The notes under the pieces: generated by a model | Database searches by the model: none | What the model saw: only the letters and a program-made list of their open reading frames with translations | Told to the model about the DNA's origin: nothing | Origin: an uncultured Selenomonadales bacterium | GTDB lineage: Bacteria; Bacillota; Negativicutes; Selenomonadales; Selenomonadaceae | Assembly: GCA_946183785.1 (NCBI GenBank) | Contig: CAMHCS010000003.1 | Span: 317-64,316 of the forward strand | Length of the DNA stretch: 64,000 nt | Reading direction: 5' to 3' | Part shown: in pieces, positions 26,473 through 34,253 of the stretch | How the letters are laid out: each line of letters begins with the position of its first letter | Position numbering within the stretch: the first letter of the stretch is position 1 | Made by a program: the position numbers and the translations under genes

Positions 26473-26925
26473 ATGATCCAGCTCAACACCGAAGAAATCA
26501 AGCAAATCCTTCCGCATCGGCCGCCGATGCTTCTCGTAGACAAAATCATCGACCTCGTGCCTTTTGAGTCCGGCGTCGGAATCAAGAACGTCACACTGAA
26601 CGAACCGTTTTTCCCCGGCCATTTCCCCGGCAATCCGATCATGCCCGGCGTGTTCATTCTCGAGGCTATGGCGCAGGTTGGCGGCATAGCTATGCTCTAT
26701 CCGGAGGAAAATCGCGGCAAGATCGCGCTTTTCGGCGGCATGGAAAACGTCAAGTTCAAGCGGCAGGTCATTCCCGGCGACCAGCTCGTGATGAAAGCGC
26801 ATATCGTCAATATCGTCAAGAAGAATTTCGGTAAACTGCACGCCGACACTTACGTGGAAGATAAGCTGGCCGCTACCGCCGACTTCATCTTTGCATTGAA
26901 AAAGCCGGAAAACGGAGCGTTTTAA
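26473..26925 (+). CDS. fabZ: 3-hydroxyacyl-ACP dehydratase FabZ
   Basis: ILPHRPPMLLVDKI and FFPGHFPGNPIMPGV motifs. ATG 26473 follows AAGGAGAG. The ORF-track start at 26434 overlaps lpxC. Confidence 0.9.
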   Translation: MIQLNTEEIKQILPHRPPMLLVDKIIDLVPFESGVGIKNVTLNEPFFPGHFPGNPIMPGVFILEAMAQVGGIAMLYPEENRGKIALFGGMENVKFKRQVIPGDQLVMKAHIVNIVKKNFGKLHADTYVEDKLAATADFIFALKKPENGAF

Positions 26926-27086
26926 GAGGGAAATTGCCGAAAAACGCACGGGATTCAGTGTGGCCCGGTAAAATGGCGGATTTTTCGGGTATATCGCCCG
27001 CCACTGTTTGCATATGGCGGGCGACTTTATAATATGCAGGGAAGCGGGAAGGAACGCATCGGAAGCATGCGAGGAGAGGAATCCAA

Positions 27087-27902
27087 TTGAGCGCAAAAGA
27101 GAAGAACCCGAAGATACATGAAACAGCTGTCGTCGCGCCCAGCGCGCGTATAGGCAAGGACGTGGAAATCGGCGCTTTTTCCGTCGTCGGCCCGAACGTC
27201 GAAATCGGCGACCGAACCGTCATCGCTCCGCACGCGCTTGTGACCGGGTGGACAACCATCGGCGAGGACTGTCAGATTTTTTCTTTCGCCTCTGTCGGCG
27301 AGGCTTCGCAGGACATGAAGTCATGCGGCGAAAAAAGTTACGTTCGCATCGGCGACCGTACGAAGATTCGCGAATGTACGACGATTCATCGCGCTACCGG
27401 CGAAGGACAGGAGACGCGGATTGGCAATGATTGTCTGTTGATGGCTACCGTTCATATCGCGCATAACTGTCTCGTAGGCAATCATGTTATCATGTCCAAT
27501 GCAGCCATGTTGGCAGGTCACGTCGTCGTCGAGGATCATGCGGTCATCGGCGGCATGACCGGCGTCCATCAGTTCGTCAAAATCGGTCGGAACGCCATGG
27601 TCGGCGGGATGTCCCGACTCGTGCAGGATGTGGTGCCCTACACGATCGTCAACGGTCAGCCCGCGCAGGTCTATGGGTTGAATAATGTCGGCATCACTCG
27701 GGCGGGCATTCCGATGGAATCCCGCCGCGCGTTGAAGAAAGCGTACAAGCTCCTGTACCGTTCCGGCCTGACCCTGGCGAAGGCCATTACTGTCATCGAA
27801 CAGGAGGTAGAATCCTGCGAGGAAGTAGAGCACTTCCTGCGGTTCCTCCGCGATGCCGAGCGCGGCATTTGCCGCAGTCATAAGGAAACAGACAAGGAAT
27901 AA
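27087..27902 (+). CDS. lpxA: Acyl-ACP--UDP-N-acetylglucosamine O-acyltransferase LpxA
   Basis: KIHETAVVAPSARIGKDVEIGAFSVVGPNVEIGDRTVI hexapeptide repeats and an alpha-helical C-terminal domain. TTG start. Confidence 0.88.
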   Translation: MSAKEKNPKIHETAVVAPSARIGKDVEIGAFSVVGPNVEIGDRTVIAPHALVTGWTTIGEDCQIFSFASVGEASQDMKSCGEKSYVRIGDRTKIRECTTIHRATGEGQETRIGNDCLLMATVHIAHNCLVGNHVIMSNAAMLAGHVVVEDHAVIGGMTGVHQFVKIGRNAMVGGMSRLVQDVVPYTIVNGQPAQVYGLNNVGITRAGIPMESRRALKKAYKLLYRSGLTLAKAITVIEQEVESCEEVEHFLRFLRDAERGICRSHKETDKE

Positions 27903-27908
27903 TTGTAG

Positions 27909-28730
27909 ATGGAAAAAATCGGACTCTTGGCGGGAACGGGTCATTTGCCCATTGAATTTGCCCGCGCGGCGAAAGCCGCAGGTTTTGAAGTCTGCGCAGT
28001 GGCGCTTCTGCCCGAAACGGATCCGGGACTGGAAGCGGAATGCGCAGACTTTCGTTATATCAATATCGCAAAGCTCGGCGGCATTCTTAAACATTTACAG
28101 AAATGCGGCGTAAAAAAAGTGACCATGCTCGGCAAGGTCACGAAAGAGATTTTAATGAGCGGAAAGCACGAGCTGCCCGATTTTAAGATGGTCACGTTCC
28201 TCGCGACGCTTCCGAATCGCAAGGACGACACCATCATGCTTGGCTTTGTCAGGGAATTGAATAAGGCCGGCATCGAGGTTCTTGATCAGACGGTGCTGAT
28301 CCGGCTGCTGATGCCGGAGACGGGGTGCCTGACGAAGCGAAAGCCCACCGCTGACGAGGAGAAGGATATCGAGTTTGGGCTTCGTATGGCGAAGGAGCTT
28401 GGGCGTCTTGACGTCGGGCAGACCGTCGTCGTCAAGGGACTTGCGGTGATGGCGCTTGAAGCCATCGAGGGCACTGACGCCTGTATCGCCCGTGGCGGCG
28501 AGTTGGCTCGTGGCGGCGCCGTGGTCGTGAAGGCCGCGAAGCCGAGACAGGATCAGCGTTTCGACGTTCCCGCCGTCGGCCTGAAAACCGTTGCAACAAT
28601 GGTGAGCGTCGGCGCGAAAGTCCTTGCCATCGAGGCGGGACGTACGCTACTCGTGGATCGCGAGGAGGTTGTCGCCCTCGCCGACGCTAACGGCATAGCG
28701 ATTGTCGCGAAGGAAAGCGGAGAGGAATAA
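27909..28730 (+). CDS. lpxI: UDP-2,3-diacylglucosamine diphosphatase LpxI (DUF1009 family)
   Basis: IGLLAGTGHLPIEFA N-terminus. C-terminal EAIEGTDACIARGGEL...KPRQDQRFDVPAVG is typical of LpxI. Sits adjacent to lpxA. Confidence 0.8.
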   Translation: MEKIGLLAGTGHLPIEFARAAKAAGFEVCAVALLPETDPGLEAECADFRYINIAKLGGILKHLQKCGVKKVTMLGKVTKEILMSGKHELPDFKMVTFLATLPNRKDDTIMLGFVRELNKAGIEVLDQTVLIRLLMPETGCLTKRKPTADEEKDIEFGLRMAKELGRLDVGQTVVVKGLAVMALEAIEGTDACIARGGELARGGAVVVKAAKPRQDQRFDVPAVGLKTVATMVSVGAKVLAIEAGRTLLVDREEVVALADANGIAIVAKESGEE

Positions 28731-28750
28731 AAAAGGGCACTGAGAAAACA

Positions 28751-28783
28751 ACGACCGCAGACACAAACGTCTGCGGTCGTTTT
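28751..28783. terminator. Bidirectional terminator between convergent lpxI and purA
   Basis: 12-bp stem ACGACCGCAGAC (28751-28762) / GTCTGCGGTCGT (28769-28780), with T-rich flanks on both strands. Confidence 0.7.
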
Positions 28784-28805
28784 GCACGTGGTACAGTTCG
28801 ATGGA

Positions 28806-30092
28806 TTAGAAAATATCGTCGGCCAGGATGATCGTCTGGTCGCGGTTCGGGCCGACGGAGACGATGCCGAGTGCAATGCCTGCGACGTCTTCCAGGCGTT
28901 CCAGATAGATACGGGCTTCCTCGGGCAGATTTTTGTATTCGCGAATACCGCTGATGTCCTGTTTCCAGCCTTTAAAAGTCTCGTAAATCGGCTCGACCTC
29001 GGCGAGGACCTTAAGGCTCGCGGGAATTTCGTTCAGTTTCTCGCCCTTGTACTTGTAGCCGACGCACATCTTGATCTCGTCGAAACCGTCGAGAATGTCG
29101 AGGCGTGTGATTGCCATGTAGTCAATGCCTGAGAGGAGTCCTGCATAGCGGACGACAAACGCGTCCAGCCAACCGGTACGGCGAGGGCGGCCCGTGACAG
29201 TGCCGTACTCATGCCCTGCCTCACGGAGTTTTTCACCGACTTCGTTCAGCTGCTCGGTCGGGAACGGTCCTTCGCCGACGCGGGTGCAGTACGCTTTGAC
29301 AACGCCCACGATGGTATCAAGACGGTTCGGCGCAACGCCGGCGCCGATGCCGATGCCGCCGGAAACCGGGTGCGAGGAAGTGACGTACGGGTAGGTGCCG
29401 TAGTCTACGTCCAGCATGGTCGCCTGCGCGCCCTCGAACAGGATTTTCTTGTCCGCCGCCAGTTCGTCGTTCAGAAACGCGATGGTGTCGCAGACATAGG
29501 GGCGCAGACGGTCGGCGTAGCCCTCGTATTCTTTGAGGATTTCATCGTAATCGAGAGGCGCATGCTTGTAAAGACGCTCTAATTCGATGTTTTTGATTTG
29601 GAGATTTTCTTTCAGGCGCTTGCGGAATTCCTCCTTGTCCATCAGGTCGCAGACGCGGATGCCGATGCGCTTCGCCTTGTCCTGATAGCAGGGGCCGATG
29701 CCGCGCTTCGTGGTGCCAATCTTGCCGGTGCCCAGAAGCTCCTCGCTGAGCCCGTCCATCAGGCTGTGATAGGGCAGCACAACATGGGCGCGGTTCGACA
29801 GGCGGATGCCTGAAACGTCGATGCCGCGTTTTTCCATTGCGTCCATCTCTTCGAGCATGACCTTCGGGTCGACGACGACGCCGTTTGCGACGACGCAATA
29901 CGTGCCTTTGTATAGGATGCCGGAGGGCAAAAGGCGGAGCTTGTACTCTTCTCCGTTCACCGAAACCGTGTGACCGGCGTTCGAGCCGCCCTGGTAACGG
30001 ACGACGACGTCCGCTTGCTGCGCGAGATAATCGACGATTTTTCCTTTGCCTTCGTCGCCCCACTGGGTTCCCATGACTTCTACTGCTGGCAT
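28806..30092 (-). CDS. purA: Adenylosuccinate synthetase PurA
   Basis: N-terminus VMGTQWGDEGKGKIVDYL and motifs GTTKRGIGPCY and GVGP. 428 aa. Confidence 0.95.
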   Translation of the reverse strand: MPAVEVMGTQWGDEGKGKIVDYLAQQADVVVRYQGGSNAGHTVSVNGEEYKLRLLPSGILYKGTYCVVANGVVVDPKVMLEEMDAMEKRGIDVSGIRLSNRAHVVLPYHSLMDGLSEELLGTGKIGTTKRGIGPCYQDKAKRIGIRVCDLMDKEEFRKRLKENLQIKNIELERLYKHAPLDYDEILKEYEGYADRLRPYVCDTIAFLNDELAADKKILFEGAQATMLDVDYGTYPYVTSSHPVSGGIGIGAGVAPNRLDTIVGVVKAYCTRVGEGPFPTEQLNEVGEKLREAGHEYGTVTGRPRRTGWLDAFVVRYAGLLSGIDYMAITRLDILDGFDEIKMCVGYKYKGEKLNEIPASLKVLAEVEPIYETFKGWKQDISGIREYKNLPEEARIYLERLEDVAGIALGIVSVGPNRDQTIILADDIF

Positions 30093-30142
30093 GACTTACA
30101 TCTCCTCTTGCTTACATTCTTGCATTTTATATAAAAGTGAAC

Positions 30143-31435
30143 TCACAGTCCGAAGCGCTCGAAAATCATATCGACGTTCCGCAGGAACCACTGGTAGTCG
30201 AAACACTCGTCGATTTCCTCTTTCGTCAGGTACTTCGTGATGTCGGCGTCCTTTTCCACGTTTGTCTTGAAGTCCTCTTTTTCAAGCCAGCGCTTCATTG
30301 CGTTGCGCTGTACCCAGGCATAAGCGTCCTCGCGAAGGACGCCCTTTGAGACGATGGCCAGCAGGATGCGCTGGCTGTAAATCAGGCCGCCGGTTTTGTT
30401 CATGTTCGCGAGCATCGCGTCCGGGTAGACCAGGAGCTTGTCCATGATGTTCGTGAACTTGCGCACGCAGTAATCGACGTTGATAGTGCTGTCCGGCAAG
30501 ATTACGCGCTCCACCGAGGAATGAGAAATGTCGCGCTCGTGCCAAAGCGTGATGTCCTCCATCGACGCCAGCGCGTTGCCGCGCACGAGGCGCGCCATGC
30601 CGGCGACGCGCTCGCAGGTAATCGGGTTGCGCTTGTGGGGCATCGCCGACGAACCCTTCTGGCCGGGACTGAAATATTCCTCGGCTTCGCGGATGTCGGT
30701 GCGTTGAAGATTGCGAATCTCTGTCGCGAATTTCTCGAAGGAACTGGCGACGATGGCCAGCGTCGTCATATATTCGGCATGCCTGTCGCGCTGGATGACC
30801 TGCGTCGCGAGCTTCGCGGGCGTCAGCCCGAGTTTTTCGCAGACCATCGTCTCAATGCGAGGGTCGATGTTCGAGTAGGTGCCCACGGCGCCGGAAAGCT
30901 TGCCCACCGCTACGATTTTCTGTGCGTGCTCAACGCGCTCGATATCGCGGTCGACCTCGTCCATCCATAAGAGCAGCTTCAGACCGAAGGTCATCGGCTC
31001 CGCGTGGATGCCGTGGGTGCGTCCGATGCAGGGCGTGTGCTTGAATTCCACGGCGCGCCGAGCCAACACCGCGCGGAATTTTCTCAGGTCGTCGAGGATA
31101 ATGTCCGCCGACTTCTTCATCATCACACCGAGGGCGGTGTCTTTGACGTCGCTGGAGGTCAGCCCCTTGTGGATATATTTCGAGTCGTCGCCGACGTATT
31201 CCGCCACGTTTGTCAAAAACGCGATAATGTCGTGATTCGTGACCTTCTCAATCTCGTGGACACGGTCGAGATCGAAGTCCGCCTTTTCGCGGATGTTTTT
31301 TGCCGCCTCCTTCGGAATCTCGCCCAGCTCGGCCATCGCCTCGCAGGCGGCGATTTCCACCGCGAGGATTTCCTCGAATTCGTGGCGCAGCGACCAGAGC
31401 TTTCCCATTTCCGGGTTCGTATAGCGTGGAATCAT
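30143..31435 (-). CDS. purB: Adenylosuccinate lyase PurB
   Basis: Signature GSSAMPHKRNP. 430 aa. N-terminus MIPRYTNPEMGKLWS is typical of PurB. Confidence 0.95.
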   Translation of the reverse strand: MIPRYTNPEMGKLWSLRHEFEEILAVEIAACEAMAELGEIPKEAAKNIREKADFDLDRVHEIEKVTNHDIIAFLTNVAEYVGDDSKYIHKGLTSSDVKDTALGVMMKKSADIILDDLRKFRAVLARRAVEFKHTPCIGRTHGIHAEPMTFGLKLLLWMDEVDRDIERVEHAQKIVAVGKLSGAVGTYSNIDPRIETMVCEKLGLTPAKLATQVIQRDRHAEYMTTLAIVASSFEKFATEIRNLQRTDIREAEEYFSPGQKGSSAMPHKRNPITCERVAGMARLVRGNALASMEDITLWHERDISHSSVERVILPDSTINVDYCVRKFTNIMDKLLVYPDAMLANMNKTGGLIYSQRILLAIVSKGVLREDAYAWVQRNAMKRWLEKEDFKTNVEKDADITKYLTKEEIDECFDYQWFLRNVDMIFERFGL

Positions 31436-31454
31436 TCAGTGTTCCTCCTTAATA

Positions 31455-31499
31455 GACAAACAATAATAAGCCCAAAGGGAAGTTTTCCCCGATGGGCTT
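31455..31499 (-). promoter_or_regulatory. Terminator-like hairpin in the purB 5' leader (candidate attenuator)
   Basis: Minus strand: stem AAGCCCA / TGGGCTT with inner GGGAA / TTCCC (31468-31499), followed by ATTATTGTTTGT just upstream of the AGGAGGA RBS. A second hairpin CGCTTTGC / GCAAAGCG lies at 31522-31548. Confidence 0.4.
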
Positions 31500-31602
31500 C
31501 TTCCTTTGTAATGATATCATTCGCTTTGCGGGGTGTCAATGCAAAGCGGCGGGGTGAAAATTTCCTTCTTCCGCAATCGGCGGCAGGATTTTTCCTGTTT
31601 TT

Positions 31603-31628
31603 GTCAAAGTATATAAAGTCAAAGTATA
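31603..31628. repeat. 11-bp direct repeat with 15-bp period in the purB / GNAT-deoB divergent intergenic region
   Basis: GTCAAAGTATA at 31603-31613 and again at 31618-31628, separated by TAAA. Confidence 0.7.
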
Positions 31629-31655
31629 CATAATATTTTATGAGGAGATGAGACG

Positions 31656-32192
31656 ATGGAGCGGATTGTGCGCGAGGGAATGCTGGTTCGGCTGAGAATC
31701 GCCGAGGAGCGTGACCTTGAGTTTATCCTTGAGTCGGAGGCCGAACCGGAGAACGCGCGATACATCATCGCGGATTCCCGCAGTTACCATAAGGATACGC
31801 TGGATTCGCCCGCGGCAGCCCATTTCATTGTCGAGCGTAAAGATACGGGAGAAGCGGTGGGCTTTCTGATCGCGACGGGGCGAAACAGTCCCCATCATGA
31901 ACAGTATTGGCGGCGCGTAATTATCAATGAGCGCGGCAAAGGTTATGGCAAGGAGGCAATGGAGCTGCTGATGGCGTGGGCGTTCGAGGACGCGGGCGCA
32001 CATCGGGGTTGGCTGGACTGTAAAGATTACAACGATCGAGCGCTCCACGTTTACGAATCGCTGGGGCTTCAACGAGAGGGCGTGCTGCGGGATACGATTT
32101 TCGTTGACGGTAAATATGAAAATCTCGTGGTGCTCGGCATTCTCGAGGGGGAATGGCGCGAGAGGCAAAAGCGGGAGGGGGGAACGGTATGA
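31656..32192 (+). CDS. GNAT-family N-acetyltransferase (RimJ/RimL-like)
   Basis: 178 aa. NERGKGYGKEAMELLMAWAF acetyl-CoA-binding motif and C-terminal RALHVYESLGLQREGVLRD. Confidence 0.75.
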   Translation: MERIVREGMLVRLRIAEERDLEFILESEAEPENARYIIADSRSYHKDTLDSPAAAHFIVERKDTGEAVGFLIATGRNSPHHEQYWRRVIINERGKGYGKEAMELLMAWAFEDAGAHRGWLDCKDYNDRALHVYESLGLQREGVLRDTIFVDGKYENLVVLGILEGEWRERQKREGGTV

Positions 32193-33370
32193 CGGCGGTG
32201 AAACGAGTCTATCTGATTGTGTTGGACAGCTTCGGCATCGGCGAACTGCCGGATGCGGCGGCTTTCGGCGATGCGGGCTGCAATACGCTCCGGTCTATAC
32301 GGAAGTCGCCTGCTTTCGATACGCCGAATTTGGCGGCGTTGGGGCTTTTTCACATCGAAGACGTCGGCGGCGCTTCGGGGACGCCAAAAGGCGCTTTCGG
32401 ACGCTGCCGTGAACTGTCGCATGGCAAGGATACGACGACCGGCCATTGGGAGATCGCAGGCGTGATTTCGGAGTATGGTATGCCTACATTCCCCAAAGGC
32501 TTCCCTCCAGAGATTATGAAAAAACTGGAGGGGGCCTTCGGGCGGCCCGTGCTTTGCGGCAAACCTTATTCCGGTACCGAGGTCATACACGATTTTGGGC
32601 GTGAGCATGAAGAGACAGGGGCGTTGATCGTCTACACTTCGGCGGACAGCGTGCTGCAGATTGCAGCCCATGAGCGCATCGTTCCCCGTGAACAGCTTTA
32701 CGACTACTGCAAGAAGGCGCGGGCATTGATGCAGGGCGAATGGGGCGTCGGTCGTGTGATCGCGAGGCCGTTCATCGGCACGTATCCGGATTATGAGCGC
32801 ACGGCGGGGCGGCATGATTATTCCCTCGATCCGCCTGGGACGACGCTTCTCGACGTGCTTTCGGCGGCAGGGTTGACCACCATCGGCGTCGGCAAGATAT
32901 CGGACATTTTCGCGGCTCGGGGCGTTGGCCGCCATATTGCGATGGACGGCAACGATGACGGCATGAAAAAGACCATTGCGACGCAGGACGAAGACTTTGT
33001 CGGGCTTTGTTTCGTCAATCTCGTGGATTTTGATATGCAGTACGGTCACCGGAGGGACATCGAGGGCTATGCGAAAGCGGCGACGGCCTTTGATCGTCAG
33101 CTTGCGCGCTTTATGAAGCGTATGCGTACGGACGACGTTTTGATGATTACGGCGGATCACGGCTGCGATCCGGGTTTTTCCGGCAGCGACCACACGCGGG
33201 AATATACGCCGCTGCTTGTTTACGGAGAGCCCATTCAATCGGGCGTCGACCTTGGCACGCGGAATACCTTCGCCGATATCGGCGTTACGGCAGCGGAAAT
33301 GCTCGGCTGCAAATTGTCCTGCGCGGGAACGAGCTTCTGGGATAAAATAAGAGTAAAGAGTGAAGAGTGA
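32189..33370 (+). CDS. deoB: Phosphopentomutase DeoB
   Basis: ATGA start/stop overlap with the GNAT gene. Motifs VLDSFGIGELPDA, NLVDFDMQYGHRRD and ITADHGCDP. Confidence 0.92.
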   Translation: MTAVKRVYLIVLDSFGIGELPDAAAFGDAGCNTLRSIRKSPAFDTPNLAALGLFHIEDVGGASGTPKGAFGRCRELSHGKDTTTGHWEIAGVISEYGMPTFPKGFPPEIMKKLEGAFGRPVLCGKPYSGTEVIHDFGREHEETGALIVYTSADSVLQIAAHERIVPREQLYDYCKKARALMQGEWGVGRVIARPFIGTYPDYERTAGRHDYSLDPPGTTLLDVLSAAGLTTIGVGKISDIFAARGVGRHIAMDGNDDGMKKTIATQDEDFVGLCFVNLVDFDMQYGHRRDIEGYAKAATAFDRQLARFMKRMRTDDVLMITADHGCDPGFSGSDHTREYTPLLVYGEPIQSGVDLGTRNTFADIGVTAAEMLGCKLSCAGTSFWDKIRVKSEE

Positions 33371-33405
33371 AGAGTGAAGAGTGAAAAGTGACAGGACTCT
33401 TCACT
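33351..33405. repeat. Tandem GAGTGAA heptamer array (about 6 units) plus complementary arm, overlapping the deoB stop
   Basis: GAGTAAA GAGTGAA GAGTGAA GAGTGAA GAGTGAA AAGTGA at 33351-33391. ACTCTTCACT at 33396-33405 is complementary to AGTGAAGAGT. Related copies lie at 40353-40367, 58161-58235 and 63289-63310. Confidence 0.8.
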
Positions 33406-33455
33406 TTATGCAGATCGTAGATCAGGAAAGAAAATAGCTTAGGGAGGAATATGTG

Positions 33456-33854
33456 ATGACAGAGACGGATAAGAAATTGATTGCCGAAGCGAAGCGCGTG
33501 CGTGAGTTCGCCTATTGTCCGTATTCGAATTTCGCGGTGGGGGCGGCGGTGCTCGGTGAGTCGGGCACGATTTACGGCGGCTGCAACGTCGAGAACGCGT
33601 CTTATTCCATGACGAACTGTGCTGAGCGTACGGCGATTTACAAAGCGATTTCCGCCGGGGAGCAGGAGATCCTTGCATTGGCCGTCGTCGCGCAAGGGAT
33701 AGAGCCGGTTTCGCCCTGCGGCGCATGCCGTCAAGTCATCGCGGAGTTCCGCATTCCGCACATCCTGATGGCGAATCTCGCCGATGACGTGAGGGAAATG
33801 ACATTGGAAGAAATAATACCCGGCGCGTTTTCCAAGGAGAATCTGGAACAATGA
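33456..33854 (+). CDS. cdd: Cytidine deaminase
   Basis: Zinc motifs CAERTAI and PCGACRQVIAEF. About 132 aa. AGGGAGG RBS; GTG 33453 is an alternative start. Confidence 0.92.
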   Translation: MTETDKKLIAEAKRVREFAYCPYSNFAVGAAVLGESGTIYGGCNVENASYSMTNCAERTAIYKAISAGEQEILALAVVAQGIEPVSPCGACRQVIAEFRIPHILMANLADDVREMTLEEIIPGAFSKENLEQ

Positions 33855-33954
33855 GCGGCGGACGGAAATAATCGGCGCTTAGGCTTATGGTCCGCGCCGA
33901 CGGATGCAGGACTTTATGGAGCCAGTGGGAACAGGGGAAATAACGCAGCAAAAC

Positions 33955-33994
33955 AAAAAATGGACGCCATGACAAACCGTGGCGTCCATTTTAT
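33955..33994. terminator. Bidirectional terminator between cdd and the convergent MCP unit
   Basis: Stem TGGACGCCA (33961-33969) / TGGCGTCCA (33980-33988), flanked by AAAAAA and TTTTAT. Confidence 0.75.
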
Positions 33995-34002
33995 ATAGGT
34001 AC

Positions 34003-34230
34003 TCATCTCAGCTCGTTGGCAACGTCTTTGTCCCGTTTTCCCAGCACCCAGCCCAACAGCTTGACTTCGGTGAAGAGCATCATGCGCTGCTCGCGCGGGG
34101 GATTTTCGCTTTGGGAGAGCTTACGGTATTGCTCTAAGGTCTTGACGTAGCGCGCGTGAATCTCCGAGCGGCTTTTCATTCTTTCCTTGCTTGCGTCGTG
34201 CATGCGATCAGTGAGTTCTTCCAATGTCAT
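34003..34230 (-). CDS. Small hypothetical protein (75 aa) immediately downstream of the MCP
   Basis: AGGAGG RBS 8 nt upstream of the ATG. Helical, charged sequence MTLEELTDRMHDASKERMKSRSEIHARYVKTLEQYRKL. No family recognised. Confidence 0.5.
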   Translation of the reverse strand: MTLEELTDRMHDASKERMKSRSEIHARYVKTLEQYRKLSQSENPPREQRMMLFTEVKLLGWVLGKRDKDVANELR

Positions 34231-34253
34231 GCCGGTTGCCTCCTATCTCGATT

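Noticed and set aside
31436-31655. Purine riboswitch upstream of purB
   Set aside because: I looked for the conserved three-way-junction core (U-rich J1/2, CCGUAAA-like, GACUA-type segments) on the minus strand and could not fit it. Only generic hairpins are present, and these are reported as a low-confidence attenuator instead.
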